A stretch of DNA of 64,000 nucleotides from Cyanobacteria bacterium P01_A01_bin.123 (lineage in GTDB: Bacteria > Cyanobacteriota > Cyanobacteriia > Phormidesmidales > Phormidesmidaceae). Position 1 is the stretch's first letter; every line of letters starts with the position of its first letter. The notes under the pieces are model-generated. The model saw nothing but the letters and a program-made list of their open reading frames with translations. It was not told where the DNA came from and ran no database searches. The DNA is taken from NCBI GenBank assembly GCA_039815185.1, contig JBCBZT010000023.1:32001-96000 (forward strand). The letters are read 5' to 3'. This document shows positions 51,938 to 60,762 of the stretch, piece after piece. Position numbers and translations under genes: made by a program.

Positions 51938-52911
51938 AAACGCGCAAACTAGGTTCAGAATTGGAAGTCTCTGCCATTGGCCTGGGCTGCATGGGCATGT
52001 CCGAGTTTTATAGCGGTCGCGATGAAACTGAAGCGATCGCGACCCTACATCATGCTCTCGATCCGGGTGTCACCTTCCTCGATACTGCCGATATGTATGG
52101 TCCCTATACTAATGAACAGCTCGTGGGGAAAGCCCTGAAAGACCGTCGCGATCAGGCAGTAATCGCCACTAAATTTGGCATCATTCGCACCGCTGAGGGT
52201 GGTTTTGGCGGCGTCAACGGCCAACCAGAATACGTTCATCAGGCCTGCGATGCCTCTCTGCAGCGGTTGGGTGTCGATGTGATTGACCTCTATTATCTGC
52301 ATCGGGTTGATCCAAAGGTTCCCATCGAAGAGACTGTTGGGGCGATGGCGGAGTTAGTGCAGCAGGGCAAGGTACGCTACCTCGGTCTGTCTGAAACCGC
52401 ACCTGCAACGCTGCGCCGAGGCCACGCTGTTCATCCCATTGCTGCACTCCAGACAGAGTATTCGCTTTGGAGTCGTGATCCAGAAGATGATATTCTCCCT
52501 ACCGTGCGCGAGCTGGGGATTGGGTTTGTCCCTTACAGCCCGTTGGGTCGGGGCTTTCTCTCGGGTGCGATTAAAAGTTTGGATGATTTAGCGGAGGATG
52601 ATTACCGCAGACATTCCCCACGTTTTCAGGGAGAGAACTTCGCGAAGAATCTGGCAGTGGTTGAACAAGTCAACGCGATCGCGGCAGAAAAAGGCATCAC
52701 GGCGAGTCAACTGGCGATCGCTTGGCTGCTGGCTAAAGGCGAAGATATTGTCCCAATTCCCGGCACGAAACGCCGCCAATATCTAGAAGAGAACGTCGCA
52801 GCCGTTGATATTGAACTGACACCAGCTGATCTGGAGCGGATTGAAGCGGTTGCGCCACAGGGGATTGCTGCGGGCGATCGCTACCCCGACATGAGCAGTG
52901 TTAACCGTTGA
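51934..52911 (+). CDS. Aldo/keto reductase (AKR13-like)
   Basis: [33 protein letters not shown]. Confidence 0.95.
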   Translation: MKTRKLGSELEVSAIGLGCMGMSEFYSGRDETEAIATLHHALDPGVTFLDTADMYGPYTNEQLVGKALKDRRDQAVIATKFGIIRTAEGGFGGVNGQPEYVHQACDASLQRLGVDVIDLYYLHRVDPKVPIEETVGAMAELVQQGKVRYLGLSETAPATLRRGHAVHPIAALQTEYSLWSRDPEDDILPTVRELGIGFVPYSPLGRGFLSGAIKSLDDLAEDDYRRHSPRFQGENFAKNLAVVEQVNAIAAEKGITASQLAIAWLLAKGEDIVPIPGTKRRQYLEENVAAVDIELTPADLERIEAVAPQGIAAGDRYPDMSSVNR

Positions 52912-52935
52912 TGCTTAACTGCCGGATTAGAAGAC

Positions 52936-53415
52936 ATGACAATGATGAATTTAAATCGACGGCGGATGTTCACCCTTGGGACAATTGCTGCCGCTGGCTT
53001 AACAGTAGCCCGTAAAGCACTTGGAGTAGAGAGAGAGATGCCCATTGAACGCAAGAATTATCCCCACCTGGATGCCCCTGTTGGCCCCTATGTCCATGCG
53101 GTGAGCTACAACGGCCTACTCTTTTTGTCAGGCATGACGGCATTCAACACCCCCGCACAAAATCAAGATCTGGCAGCCCAAGCTGAAGCGGTTTTTGCTC
53201 AGATCAGCAGCATCCTCGAAGCAGAGGGAACTGGGCTTGAATCTCTAATCAAGGTGACGATCTTCGTCACTGAGTTTGAGGCGCTCGATCGGTTCAGATC
53301 TGTCTTGTTTGATGCCTATCAAATTCACCTGCCTGCAAGTGCTTTGATTCAGGTTCGAGGGCTCTTTTCGCCAGATTTGAAAATAGAGGTCGAAGCGATC
53401 GCAGCTTTAACCTAA
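52936..53415 (+). CDS. RidA/YjgF family protein with twin-arginine-like N-terminal extension
   Basis: PVGPYVHAV, LFLSG, IKVTIF, IEVEAIA. Internal ATG 53038 has a purine-rich RBS. Confidence 0.88.
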   Translation: MTMMNLNRRRMFTLGTIAAAGLTVARKALGVEREMPIERKNYPHLDAPVGPYVHAVSYNGLLFLSGMTAFNTPAQNQDLAAQAEAVFAQISSILEAEGTGLESLIKVTIFVTEFEALDRFRSVLFDAYQIHLPASALIQVRGLFSPDLKIEVEAIAALT

Positions 53416-53487
53416 AAACTGGGTGTATTAAACTCCTCACTCAAAAACAGGTGGCCATATTGTGTCAGATGATCGCAGGAGAAGGTA

Positions 53488-54201
53488 TCAGCTAGCAGCT
53501 ATTGGATGGTGAATATATTGCGTAACAGCTTTTAGAAAGGCTGTGACAATTGGATGGGGCACTTCAGGCGTTGAGTGTGCCTGGGGGACAAATAGCGTAC
53601 CGATGAAAAAAGGATGACTCGGTAATTCAATTACCCGCACATCTCCTTCAAGATCTGCCCCTGTAATTTGGAGCGATTGTTGCTTGAGCAAAGGGACATA
53701 GTCTGGATTAACGCCAAAGTTACAGTAATACTGCTCAATGGCAGTCAAAGAATCATAAATCTCTGCAATTCTAGATCCTTCCGTAAAAGTTAACTGCATT
53801 TCTCGCCCCGCCAATGAGCAAGCCAGTTGGGTAATAAACAGTTGCGATGCATAGGGATTGTTGTCTTCACTTTCAGCCTCTTGAAAACCCAACATATGCC
53901 GCGCATATTCCAAAATCATGTGCTGAAAACCACCGCAGGTACCGAAACAAGGCACGTTATTTTCACGGGCATATTGAATGGCCCAGAGCATCTTTTCCAT
54001 GTTCTTATAGGGGCTACCAGGGGCGACCCAGATACCGGAGTACTGCTCGAATAACGAGGGGGTAATCGCTTCAGTTGAAACCCAATGACCTGTGACTTCA
54101 ATGGCAAGGGATGAACTGGAATGCGCGATCGCAGCTGTAGTGGCAATGTGGGGTTCAAAGGTGGACTGATATTCGCCCAAGATGGCAATCGCAGGTTTCA
54201 T
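53488..54201 (-). CDS. Stand-alone CTP-synthase-like glutamine amidotransferase domain protein
   Basis: GIWVAPGSPY, GTCGGFQH..LEYAR, HPFFIGTLFVPQ; no synthetase domain. Confidence 0.85.
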   Translation of the reverse strand: MKPAIAILGEYQSTFEPHIATTAAIAHSSSSLAIEVTGHWVSTEAITPSLFEQYSGIWVAPGSPYKNMEKMLWAIQYARENNVPCFGTCGGFQHMILEYARHMLGFQEAESEDNNPYASQLFITQLACSLAGREMQLTFTEGSRIAEIYDSLTAIEQYYCNFGVNPDYVPLLKQQSLQITGADLEGDVRVIELPSHPFFIGTLFVPQAHSTPEVPHPIVTAFLKAVTQYIHHPIAAS

Positions 54202-54280
54202 AGGCTGAACGATTCTGCACAACAACTCGAGCTTAATTGCTGTAGTATGATGAGTCAAATTAATCTAAGACATAATTTAT

Positions 54281-55174
54281 ATGAAAAGAATTAATTTAAC
54301 CCTGGCTCAAGTTGAAGTGTTTGCTGCGGTTGTCAAGGCAGGGAGCTTCACAATCGCGAGTGAAACATTAGGCATGACGCAATCAGCCGTGAGTCATGCT
54401 ATGGCAGCGTTAGAAAAAGAATTAAAAGTGTCTCTTCTAGAGCGCGATCGCAACGGAATTGCGTTGACAGACATTGGGCAACGCGTCCTGATTCAAGCCG
54501 AGAGGATGCTAACTGCTGCAGAGCAAATCCGTCAGGAAACGTCAGCTACAGTCGGCCTAGAAACTGGCAAAGTTCGCTTAGGCAGTTTTCCCAGTGTGTC
54601 GGCTCGGTTTTTGCCTGGGTTATTGCGTCAGTTTCGACAGCGTTATCCGGGCATCGATGTAATCTTGTTTGAAGGCACTGATGAAGAGGTGCGACAGTGG
54701 ATTCATGCCCGTACAGTTGATGTTGGGGTGGTGACTTTGCCGAGTGAAGGATTAGCGTCGGTCGCGATCGCACGGGATGAATTCTTTGCAGTTGTTTCAG
54801 AAAATCATGCCCTGGCAGACCAAGCACAGATTCAGATTCATCAGCTGGCTCAAGACCCTTTCATTATGTCTAAGGCAGGTTGTGAGCCCATGATTATAAC
54901 GATGTTTGCAAAGGCCAAAATTGTGCCTAAAATTCAGTTTGAGGCGATTGATTTGCGAACCATTTTTGCCATGGTTCACGAAGGTATCGGCGTTACGATT
55001 GTGCCCGAAATGGCGTTGCCCACTAATTTATCAGGGCTTCATACTTTGAGGCTTAAGCCCAACCAATTTCGACAGCTTGCCCTTGCAGTGCCATCACTGG
55101 AATCAGTTTCCCCTGCGGTTAAGGCTTTTCTAAACGATGCTAAGGATTGGGCACAATATCAGGGTTTTTCGTAA
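54281..55174 (+). CDS. LysR family regulator
   Basis: GSFT.A...LGMTQSAVSH; divergent from the GATase gene. Confidence 0.95.
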   Translation: MKRINLTLAQVEVFAAVVKAGSFTIASETLGMTQSAVSHAMAALEKELKVSLLERDRNGIALTDIGQRVLIQAERMLTAAEQIRQETSATVGLETGKVRLGSFPSVSARFLPGLLRQFRQRYPGIDVILFEGTDEEVRQWIHARTVDVGVVTLPSEGLASVAIARDEFFAVVSENHALADQAQIQIHQLAQDPFIMSKAGCEPMIITMFAKAKIVPKIQFEAIDLRTIFAMVHEGIGVTIVPEMALPTNLSGLHTLRLKPNQFRQLALAVPSLESVSPAVKAFLNDAKDWAQYQGFS

Positions 55175-55204
55175 CTAAAATTTTGACGCCTGATAACAAA
55201 CTTG

Positions 55205-55651
55205 CTAATCGTAGTATACATTAACACCAGTTTGAATGACTTGGTCGTCGCTGTTAAAACAAACATTATAAGAAAGCCAGGCAAAGTCCCAAAACATAGC
55301 AGCTCCGTCTGAGCCATATTGCCAACATGACTCTACAACACCAGAGGTTTGTTGGTAAACTTCGTCAAGCTCTTCTCGATAGGCAAACGCAAAATCTCTT
55401 TGAGAAACAGATATGGGTTGTCCAAGTAATGATTCGATATTACTCGCATTCATACCAAGTCTAATCTGGTGGAAGTTCTGCTCAAAATTGGGGGGTAAAA
55501 CTGTATCCACTGAAGGATATAAAGGGAAGTATGACTCTGTGTAGTAAAGACCAGTCGCGAATACGCCTACAACTATTGCCGCTATACCAAGTATCAACTT
55601 TCCCACTACTCTACTCCTAGGGCAATCACTATTTCTTTGGATAGACCACAA
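55205..55651 (-). CDS. Hypothetical AT-rich membrane-anchored protein with SmpA/BamE-like motif
   Basis: N-terminal TM; F.QI.LGM....I..LLGQP, W.Y. Confidence 0.6.
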   Translation of the reverse strand: MWSIQRNSDCPRSRVVGKLILGIAAIVVGVFATGLYYTESYFPLYPSVDTVLPPNFEQNFHQIRLGMNASNIESLLGQPISVSQRDFAFAYREELDEVYQQTSGVVESCWQYGSDGAAMFWDFAWLSYNVCFNSDDQVIQTGVNVYYD

Positions 55652-55737
55652 ACCTAATCAGGGTTGTTCCGGTGATTGTACGCTGATTCACAATCTCTTG
55701 ATATCCGATCTCTAGCTATAAACTTCGAATCTCGTCG

Positions 55738-55975
55738 GCGATCGCTCGGGATGAGTTTTTTGCCGTTATTTCAGAAAATCATGCATTGGCAGGCCAGGAA
55801 CAAATTCATATTCGCCAGCTAGCTCAAGAGCCTCTTATCATGTCTAAGGCAAGTTGTGAGCCAATGATTATGGCGATGTTGGCAAAGGCCAAAATTGTGC
55901 CAAAGATTTAGTTTGAAGTGATTGATCTGCGCACTATTCTTGCTATGGTTCACGAGGGCATTGGCGTTATGATTC
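55738..55975 (+). pseudogene. Degenerate partial duplicate of the LysR gene (copy of ~54764-55001)
   Basis: Colinear nucleotide similarity (e.g. TTTCAGAAAATCATGC, ATGTCTAAGGCA.GTTGTGAGCC, GCAAAGGCCAAAATTGTGCC); in-frame CAG to TAG stop. Confidence 0.9.
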
Positions 55976-55984
55976 TGAATGGAG

Positions 55985-56872
55985 CTAAGGTATGGGCAGA
56001 ATACCAGGGATTTCCTCAACTAAAGTTTTGACGATTGCAGATGGGTCGTCACGTCGCCACGCGATCGCAATCTCTAGGGTTGGCGCTCTATTGTTGATGG
56101 CAAGATGGCTGACTCCGTCTGGTTCGAGGCATTCCATCCCCGATGCGATGAAGTGAATCCCTTGTCCAGCAATAAGTAGCGCCATGCAGCTTTGATCATG
56201 ACCCTTTTGCCGAATACGTGGCGCAAATCCGGCGTCGGTGCAGCATCTCAAAATGTCATCGTACATCGCTGGGTTTTCAGCCCGTGGGTGCATAATGAAC
56301 AGCTCATCAGCGAAATCTGTCAGTTTGACTGATGTTTCATGGGCTCGGGGGTGATCTTTTGGCACAGCCAGTTTCATCGGTTCTCGATAAACACACTTGG
56401 TTTCTACAAACGGTGAATACATAGGCTGAAAGATAAATCCTATGTCGATTTCTGCACGGTTCAACTCGTTCACTAAAACTGCGGTAGTTCTGCGTTCGTG
56501 CAAATCTAGCTCAAGGTCTGCAAAGTGGGTACGACAAAGGTTGAGAATTTTGGGCAAAACGGTGTAGAGCACTGAGGGAATATAACCAATACCCAAGCGC
56601 TTTGACGCCGGTGAAGTACCATGGCGTACCTGTCGTGCAGTTTCATCAGCATGAGCGAGGAGTCCTCGGGCTTCTTTTCGCAACACTTGACCCGCATCAG
56701 TGAGTTCAACGCTGCGGGTAGTGCGCTGAAACAAGGTGACGCCTAATTCATGCTCAAGTCGCCTAATTAATCGCGTTAAAGGAGGCTGTGACATGTGGAG
56801 CTGTTCAGCCGCCTGCCGAAAATTTAACGTTTCGGCAAGAACCATGAAACAGCGGAGGTCTCGAATTTCCAT
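55985..56872 (-). CDS. LysR family regulator (HcaR/AlsR-like)
   Basis: LAETLNFRQAAEQLHMSQPPLTR.I..LE.ELG..LF.R. Confidence 0.95.
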   Translation of the reverse strand: MEIRDLRCFMVLAETLNFRQAAEQLHMSQPPLTRLIRRLEHELGVTLFQRTTRSVELTDAGQVLRKEARGLLAHADETARQVRHGTSPASKRLGIGYIPSVLYTVLPKILNLCRTHFADLELDLHERRTTAVLVNELNRAEIDIGFIFQPMYSPFVETKCVYREPMKLAVPKDHPRAHETSVKLTDFADELFIMHPRAENPAMYDDILRCCTDAGFAPRIRQKGHDQSCMALLIAGQGIHFIASGMECLEPDGVSHLAINNRAPTLEIAIAWRRDDPSAIVKTLVEEIPGILPIP

Positions 56873-56880
56873 AACTGCAT

Positions 56881-56899
56881 TGATACATTTTTGATATCA
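56881..56899. promoter_or_regulatory. LysR recognition box (T-N11-A dyad)
   Basis: TGATAcatttttgaTATCA between the divergent LysR and oxidoreductase genes. Confidence 0.6.
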
Positions 56900-56976
56900 A
56901 TACTATATCTAAATCAGAAATACTGTTCATTCAGGAATGAATTAACTTGGGATTATTCGCTTGACTCAGATGTTTC

Positions 56977-58038
56977 ATGCAGTGGACTCAACTCGCTCGT
57001 CGCACTTTTTTAGCCCTATCAGGCGCTGCTTTGATAGTTGGACTTTATCCTAAGCAAGGACTTGAAATCATGATGGATGACGCACAAGCCAGTGATGCAG
57101 CTCTCGAACCAAGGAATTTTGATGTAGTTGTTGTAGGGGGCAGTTTTGCAGGATTGTCTGCTGCGTTGCAAATTGCCCGTACCCGCCGCCGAGTGTTAGT
57201 CATTGACGCGGGTAAACCTAGAAATCGTTTTGCCGCTGGTTCTCATGGCTTTTTGGGGCAAGACGGCCGCACCCCGGCTCAAATCTTTCAAATTGGTCGT
57301 GAGCAATTATTGCAGTATCCAACTGCAGAATTCGTTGAAGGCAAAGCAATCCATGCAGAACGCCGTGAAGATGGTGCTTTTGCGGTGACGTTGGCATCAG
57401 GAGACACGTATCAAAGCCACCGCATCATCTTGGCAGTTGGGGTTGTCGATCATTTACCTGAGATTCCGGGGGTAGCTGAGCGCTGGGGCAAAACTGTAAA
57501 TCAGTGCCCCTATTGTCATGGTTACGAACTCGCGGGGGGCATTTGGGGCGTGCTTTATACCGGGGCAGCCTCGCTTCATCAAGTTAGACTGATGCAGGAT
57601 TGGAGCGATCAGGTCATTTTGTTTTTAAACGGAACTGATCAACTCAATGCTGAAGATCGCGCTGGCCTAGTGGCGGCTGGTATCACGCTAGAAGAGACGC
57701 CAGTCGAGGCTTTGGTGGGCGAAACCGACGATCTTAGGGGTATAAAATTACGAGATCAGCGGGTTGTGCCAATCAAAGCGCTGTTTTTAATCACGCGCTC
57801 TTCTATTGAAAACCCTCTGGTTGCACAACTGGGTTGTGAACTCGAAGATGCCCCCTTTGGTGTCATGATTAAGACCAATGAATTGAAAGAAACGACGGTG
57901 TCAGGGGTATTTGCTGCGGGTGATGTGGCCCGTTCTTTGCATAATGCGACTTGGGCTGCATCGGATGGGGTTTTAGCCGGGATCTTTGCTCACCAGTCTT
58001 TACTCGTCCACAATAATCCCTATTCTGGTGGATCATAG
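56977..58038 (+). CDS. Thioredoxin-reductase-like FAD oxidoreductase with twin-arginine-like leader
   Basis: GGSFAG, CPYCHGYE, GVFAAGD; N-terminal ARRTFL plus hydrophobic stretch. Confidence 0.9.
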   Translation: MQWTQLARRTFLALSGAALIVGLYPKQGLEIMMDDAQASDAALEPRNFDVVVVGGSFAGLSAALQIARTRRRVLVIDAGKPRNRFAAGSHGFLGQDGRTPAQIFQIGREQLLQYPTAEFVEGKAIHAERREDGAFAVTLASGDTYQSHRIILAVGVVDHLPEIPGVAERWGKTVNQCPYCHGYELAGGIWGVLYTGAASLHQVRLMQDWSDQVILFLNGTDQLNAEDRAGLVAAGITLEETPVEALVGETDDLRGIKLRDQRVVPIKALFLITRSSIENPLVAQLGCELEDAPFGVMIKTNELKETTVSGVFAAGDVARSLHNATWAASDGVLAGIFAHQSLLVHNNPYSGGS

Positions 58039-58101
58039 GCTGACTTGCCTCTGACCAGTTCGACGAAAGCCTGGCAAACATAGCAAGCGCTAAACCTTGC
58101 C

Positions 58102-59559
58102 TTAAACCCCTAAGATTTGTGCGAGTTGCTCAATGCCCTGATCAATTTTCTCCGGTGCTAAGTTGGCATAGCCAAATAAGAACTCGCCCTTTCCACCCGG
58201 CTTCAAGTAAAAAGACGCTGCACTGGTCAACCCGAGACCTCGCTGAGCACCAAAAGTCAGAATATCTTGATCGCTGATATTGGTGTGCAACTGCACCATC
58301 AGATGAATGCCAGCGGCATCGCCAAGAATAGAAACATGCTTTCCGAGCTTGGTCTGTAGAGAGTTGAGCAGCGCTTGGCGGCGCTTACCGTATAACGTTC
58401 GCATGCGTCGGAGGTGCCGCTCTAAATGACCTTGATTGATGAAATCAGCTAAGACCAGTTGTTCGAGCGAAGGAGAATGCCGATCTAGCAAGCGCTTTGC
58501 TTGGGCAAAGATTTTGACCAATCCTGGTGGCAGTACCAGATAACCTATACGCAGGGCTGGAAACAACACTTTAGAAAACGTCCCAACATAAATGACAGAA
58601 TTATGCTGATCTAACCCTTGCATGGCTGGAATCGGCCTTTCTCCGTAGCGATATTCGCTGTCATAGTCATCTTCAATAATGATTGCCCCTCGTTGCTGTG
58701 CCCAGGCTAAGAGTTCAAGCCGTCGAGGCAGAGAGAGAATCGTGCCGGTCGGAAACTGGTGGGAGGGTGTGGTGTAAACCAGCTTGATCGGAGCTGACAT
58801 CGATTGCAGTGGTTCAACGATGAGGCCAGCCGTGTCTACGGGTAGCGGTAATACCTCTGCCCCTTGACTGTGAAAGATGCGACGCGCACTTAAATATCCA
58901 GGATCTTCTATGACAACTGAATCCCCTGGGTTGATAAATAAACGGGCGATCAGATCTAAGGCTTGTTGTGTCCCATTCACAATAATGACTTGCTCAGCAT
59001 CGCAATGAACTGCGCGCGATCGCACGAGATAATGCGCGATCGCCTCTCTCAGTTCTTTTTGACCCAGTAGGTCAGCGCTATAGTCTAGTGAATCCGGCGA
59101 CTGGAGACGGCGGGTCGTGAGTTTGCGCCAAATGGTTAGCGGAAAGTGATCAAACGCGGGTTGCCAGTAGCAAAAGTCGATTGCAGGGTTGCGGTTGGAA
59201 GGCTTGGGTAATGCCCGATGGGCAAAATTTTGGGCATAGGTGGATAGCCCTGTCGTGGCTAAAGCGCCCGAGCAATGGGGCTGCGGAGGCATGGCTAAAG
59301 GAGACGGTTCAGGAATGTGTTGGCAGACAAATGTGCCAGAACCCATCACAGTTTCTATGTAGCCTTCGCTTAAAAGCTGCTCGTAGCTCAGCTTTGCGGT
59401 ACCCCGTGAAATACCCAGTGATGTTGCCAGTGCTCGTGTAGAAGGCAGTCTTTCGCCAGGTATTAGTTTGCCAGTCAAAACAGCTTGACGGAGAGCTTCA
59501 TAGAGCTGTTGGTGTAGCGGAGTCGTGATTGCCTCATCTAATAAAATTGCCAGATCCAT
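58102..59559 (-). CDS. MocR/GabR-type GntR regulator with PLP aminotransferase domain
   Basis: LPSTR.LA..LGISR, YTTPSHQFPTG, EDDYDSEYRY, GTFSK...PALRIG. Confidence 0.95.
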   Translation of the reverse strand: MDLAILLDEAITTPLHQQLYEALRQAVLTGKLIPGERLPSTRALATSLGISRGTAKLSYEQLLSEGYIETVMGSGTFVCQHIPEPSPLAMPPQPHCSGALATTGLSTYAQNFAHRALPKPSNRNPAIDFCYWQPAFDHFPLTIWRKLTTRRLQSPDSLDYSADLLGQKELREAIAHYLVRSRAVHCDAEQVIIVNGTQQALDLIARLFINPGDSVVIEDPGYLSARRIFHSQGAEVLPLPVDTAGLIVEPLQSMSAPIKLVYTTPSHQFPTGTILSLPRRLELLAWAQQRGAIIIEDDYDSEYRYGERPIPAMQGLDQHNSVIYVGTFSKVLFPALRIGYLVLPPGLVKIFAQAKRLLDRHSPSLEQLVLADFINQGHLERHLRRMRTLYGKRRQALLNSLQTKLGKHVSILGDAAGIHLMVQLHTNISDQDILTFGAQRGLGLTSAASFYLKPGGKGEFLFGYANLAPEKIDQGIEQLAQILGV

Positions 59560-59573
59560 GGTGTGGCTTTATG

Positions 59574-59606
59574 AAGTGGGCCAGTTGTTTGATACAAAAG
59601 TGGGCC
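59574..59606 (+). promoter_or_regulatory. AAGTGGGCC direct repeats, putative MocR operator
   Basis: Exact copies at 59574 and 59598; partial AAGTGG at 59859. Confidence 0.6.
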
Positions 59607-60103
59607 TTGTGGATGCCCGCTTTTGTCGTTAATCTGACCCTACAGCACCTAAATGGGTTTGTCGATAGGTTGGAGCGTTGAGAAAACAGTATTTTCCTCA
59701 GCCATAAAATTGTCATCAGCAAAGTACTAACTTTTATCTGGCGACCAACTTTTGAAAATAATGGCTGCCCTAGAAAATGAAGTTCAGCTGTCTCTAAAAC
59801 CATCGGCTTATCTTGGCTAGAGTTGAACTTTAAACCTTGCAAGTTTGTGATTTCCCAAAAGTGGATACGAGTATTTCTGATTATTTGAAGATTTCTTTGG
59901 CATGAAATAATATTGATACCTGAGTTTTGATGGGTGATTCAAGTGCTTTAAAGAGCAGTATTTGAATCACTCTTGCGTATGCTTATTTGATAGATTTCTC
60001 AAGCTTAAAATCATCAGTAAAATGTACTGTTAGGCACTGTTTTGACAGTAATAGTTGATATTAAATAATTCACGTGAGTCGTTAGTTTATCTGAGAAAAA
60101 ATT

Positions 60104-60745
60104 ATGAACGCTATGGTTAGCGCTCGGGGAGAGTTGAGACAGAAAATTTGGGCGATGTCACCTGAATCAACCCATGATTTTCTAGAAAAGACATTTGTGG
60201 TTCGGGTTGGCACAGTTGATGATGAGGGGTTTCCCTATGTGGTACCACAGCTTTTTGTGTATGAAAAGGGTACAGTTTGGCTGCATCAAACCTCTGCCAA
60301 GGGACATTTCAGACGCAACATAGAGTTCAATTCAAAAGTTTGTCTTGAATTTGATGAGCATGGTGAATTTTTCCCTTATGGGCCAACCCAATGCGATACG
60401 GTTGTGGCTTATAAGAGTGTGATTGCTTTTGGTTCTATTCGAGTCGTTACCAGCGATGAAGAAAAACTGACATTCTTTGATAGGTTCATGATCAAATATG
60501 CTGGTGCCTCTTGGGGCAGACAAGAGCATACCTATCCTCGGATGGATCCCACTGCAGTTTATGAAGTGCAGCTTGAGAAAGTGACAGGCAAATATCAAGA
60601 AGCGGATGTCACTTTGAAACGATGGGATGGAGCTGAAGAAAAGGTCGGTGGCCCTGGTACCTATGGCTGTCCGTTTCATCAAGTGGCTTTAGAAGCAGAG
60701 CAGCAAGCGGCTGACATAAGTGGCGGCAACGCTAAGGAAGTTTGA
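60104..60745 (+). CDS. Pyridoxamine 5'-phosphate oxidase-like FMN-binding split-barrel protein
   Basis: PYVVP, H....G, N.KVC.E, Y.SVIAFG, ..TGK; C-terminal GCPFH. Confidence 0.85.
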   Translation: MNAMVSARGELRQKIWAMSPESTHDFLEKTFVVRVGTVDDEGFPYVVPQLFVYEKGTVWLHQTSAKGHFRRNIEFNSKVCLEFDEHGEFFPYGPTQCDTVVAYKSVIAFGSIRVVTSDEEKLTFFDRFMIKYAGASWGRQEHTYPRMDPTAVYEVQLEKVTGKYQEADVTLKRWDGAEEKVGGPGTYGCPFHQVALEAEQQAADISGGNAKEV

Positions 60746-60762
60746 GGGGAATACCCTTGCAG

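Noticed and set aside
53488..54201. Calling this gene pyrG
   Set aside because: No synthetase domain and no His-Pro-Glu motif.
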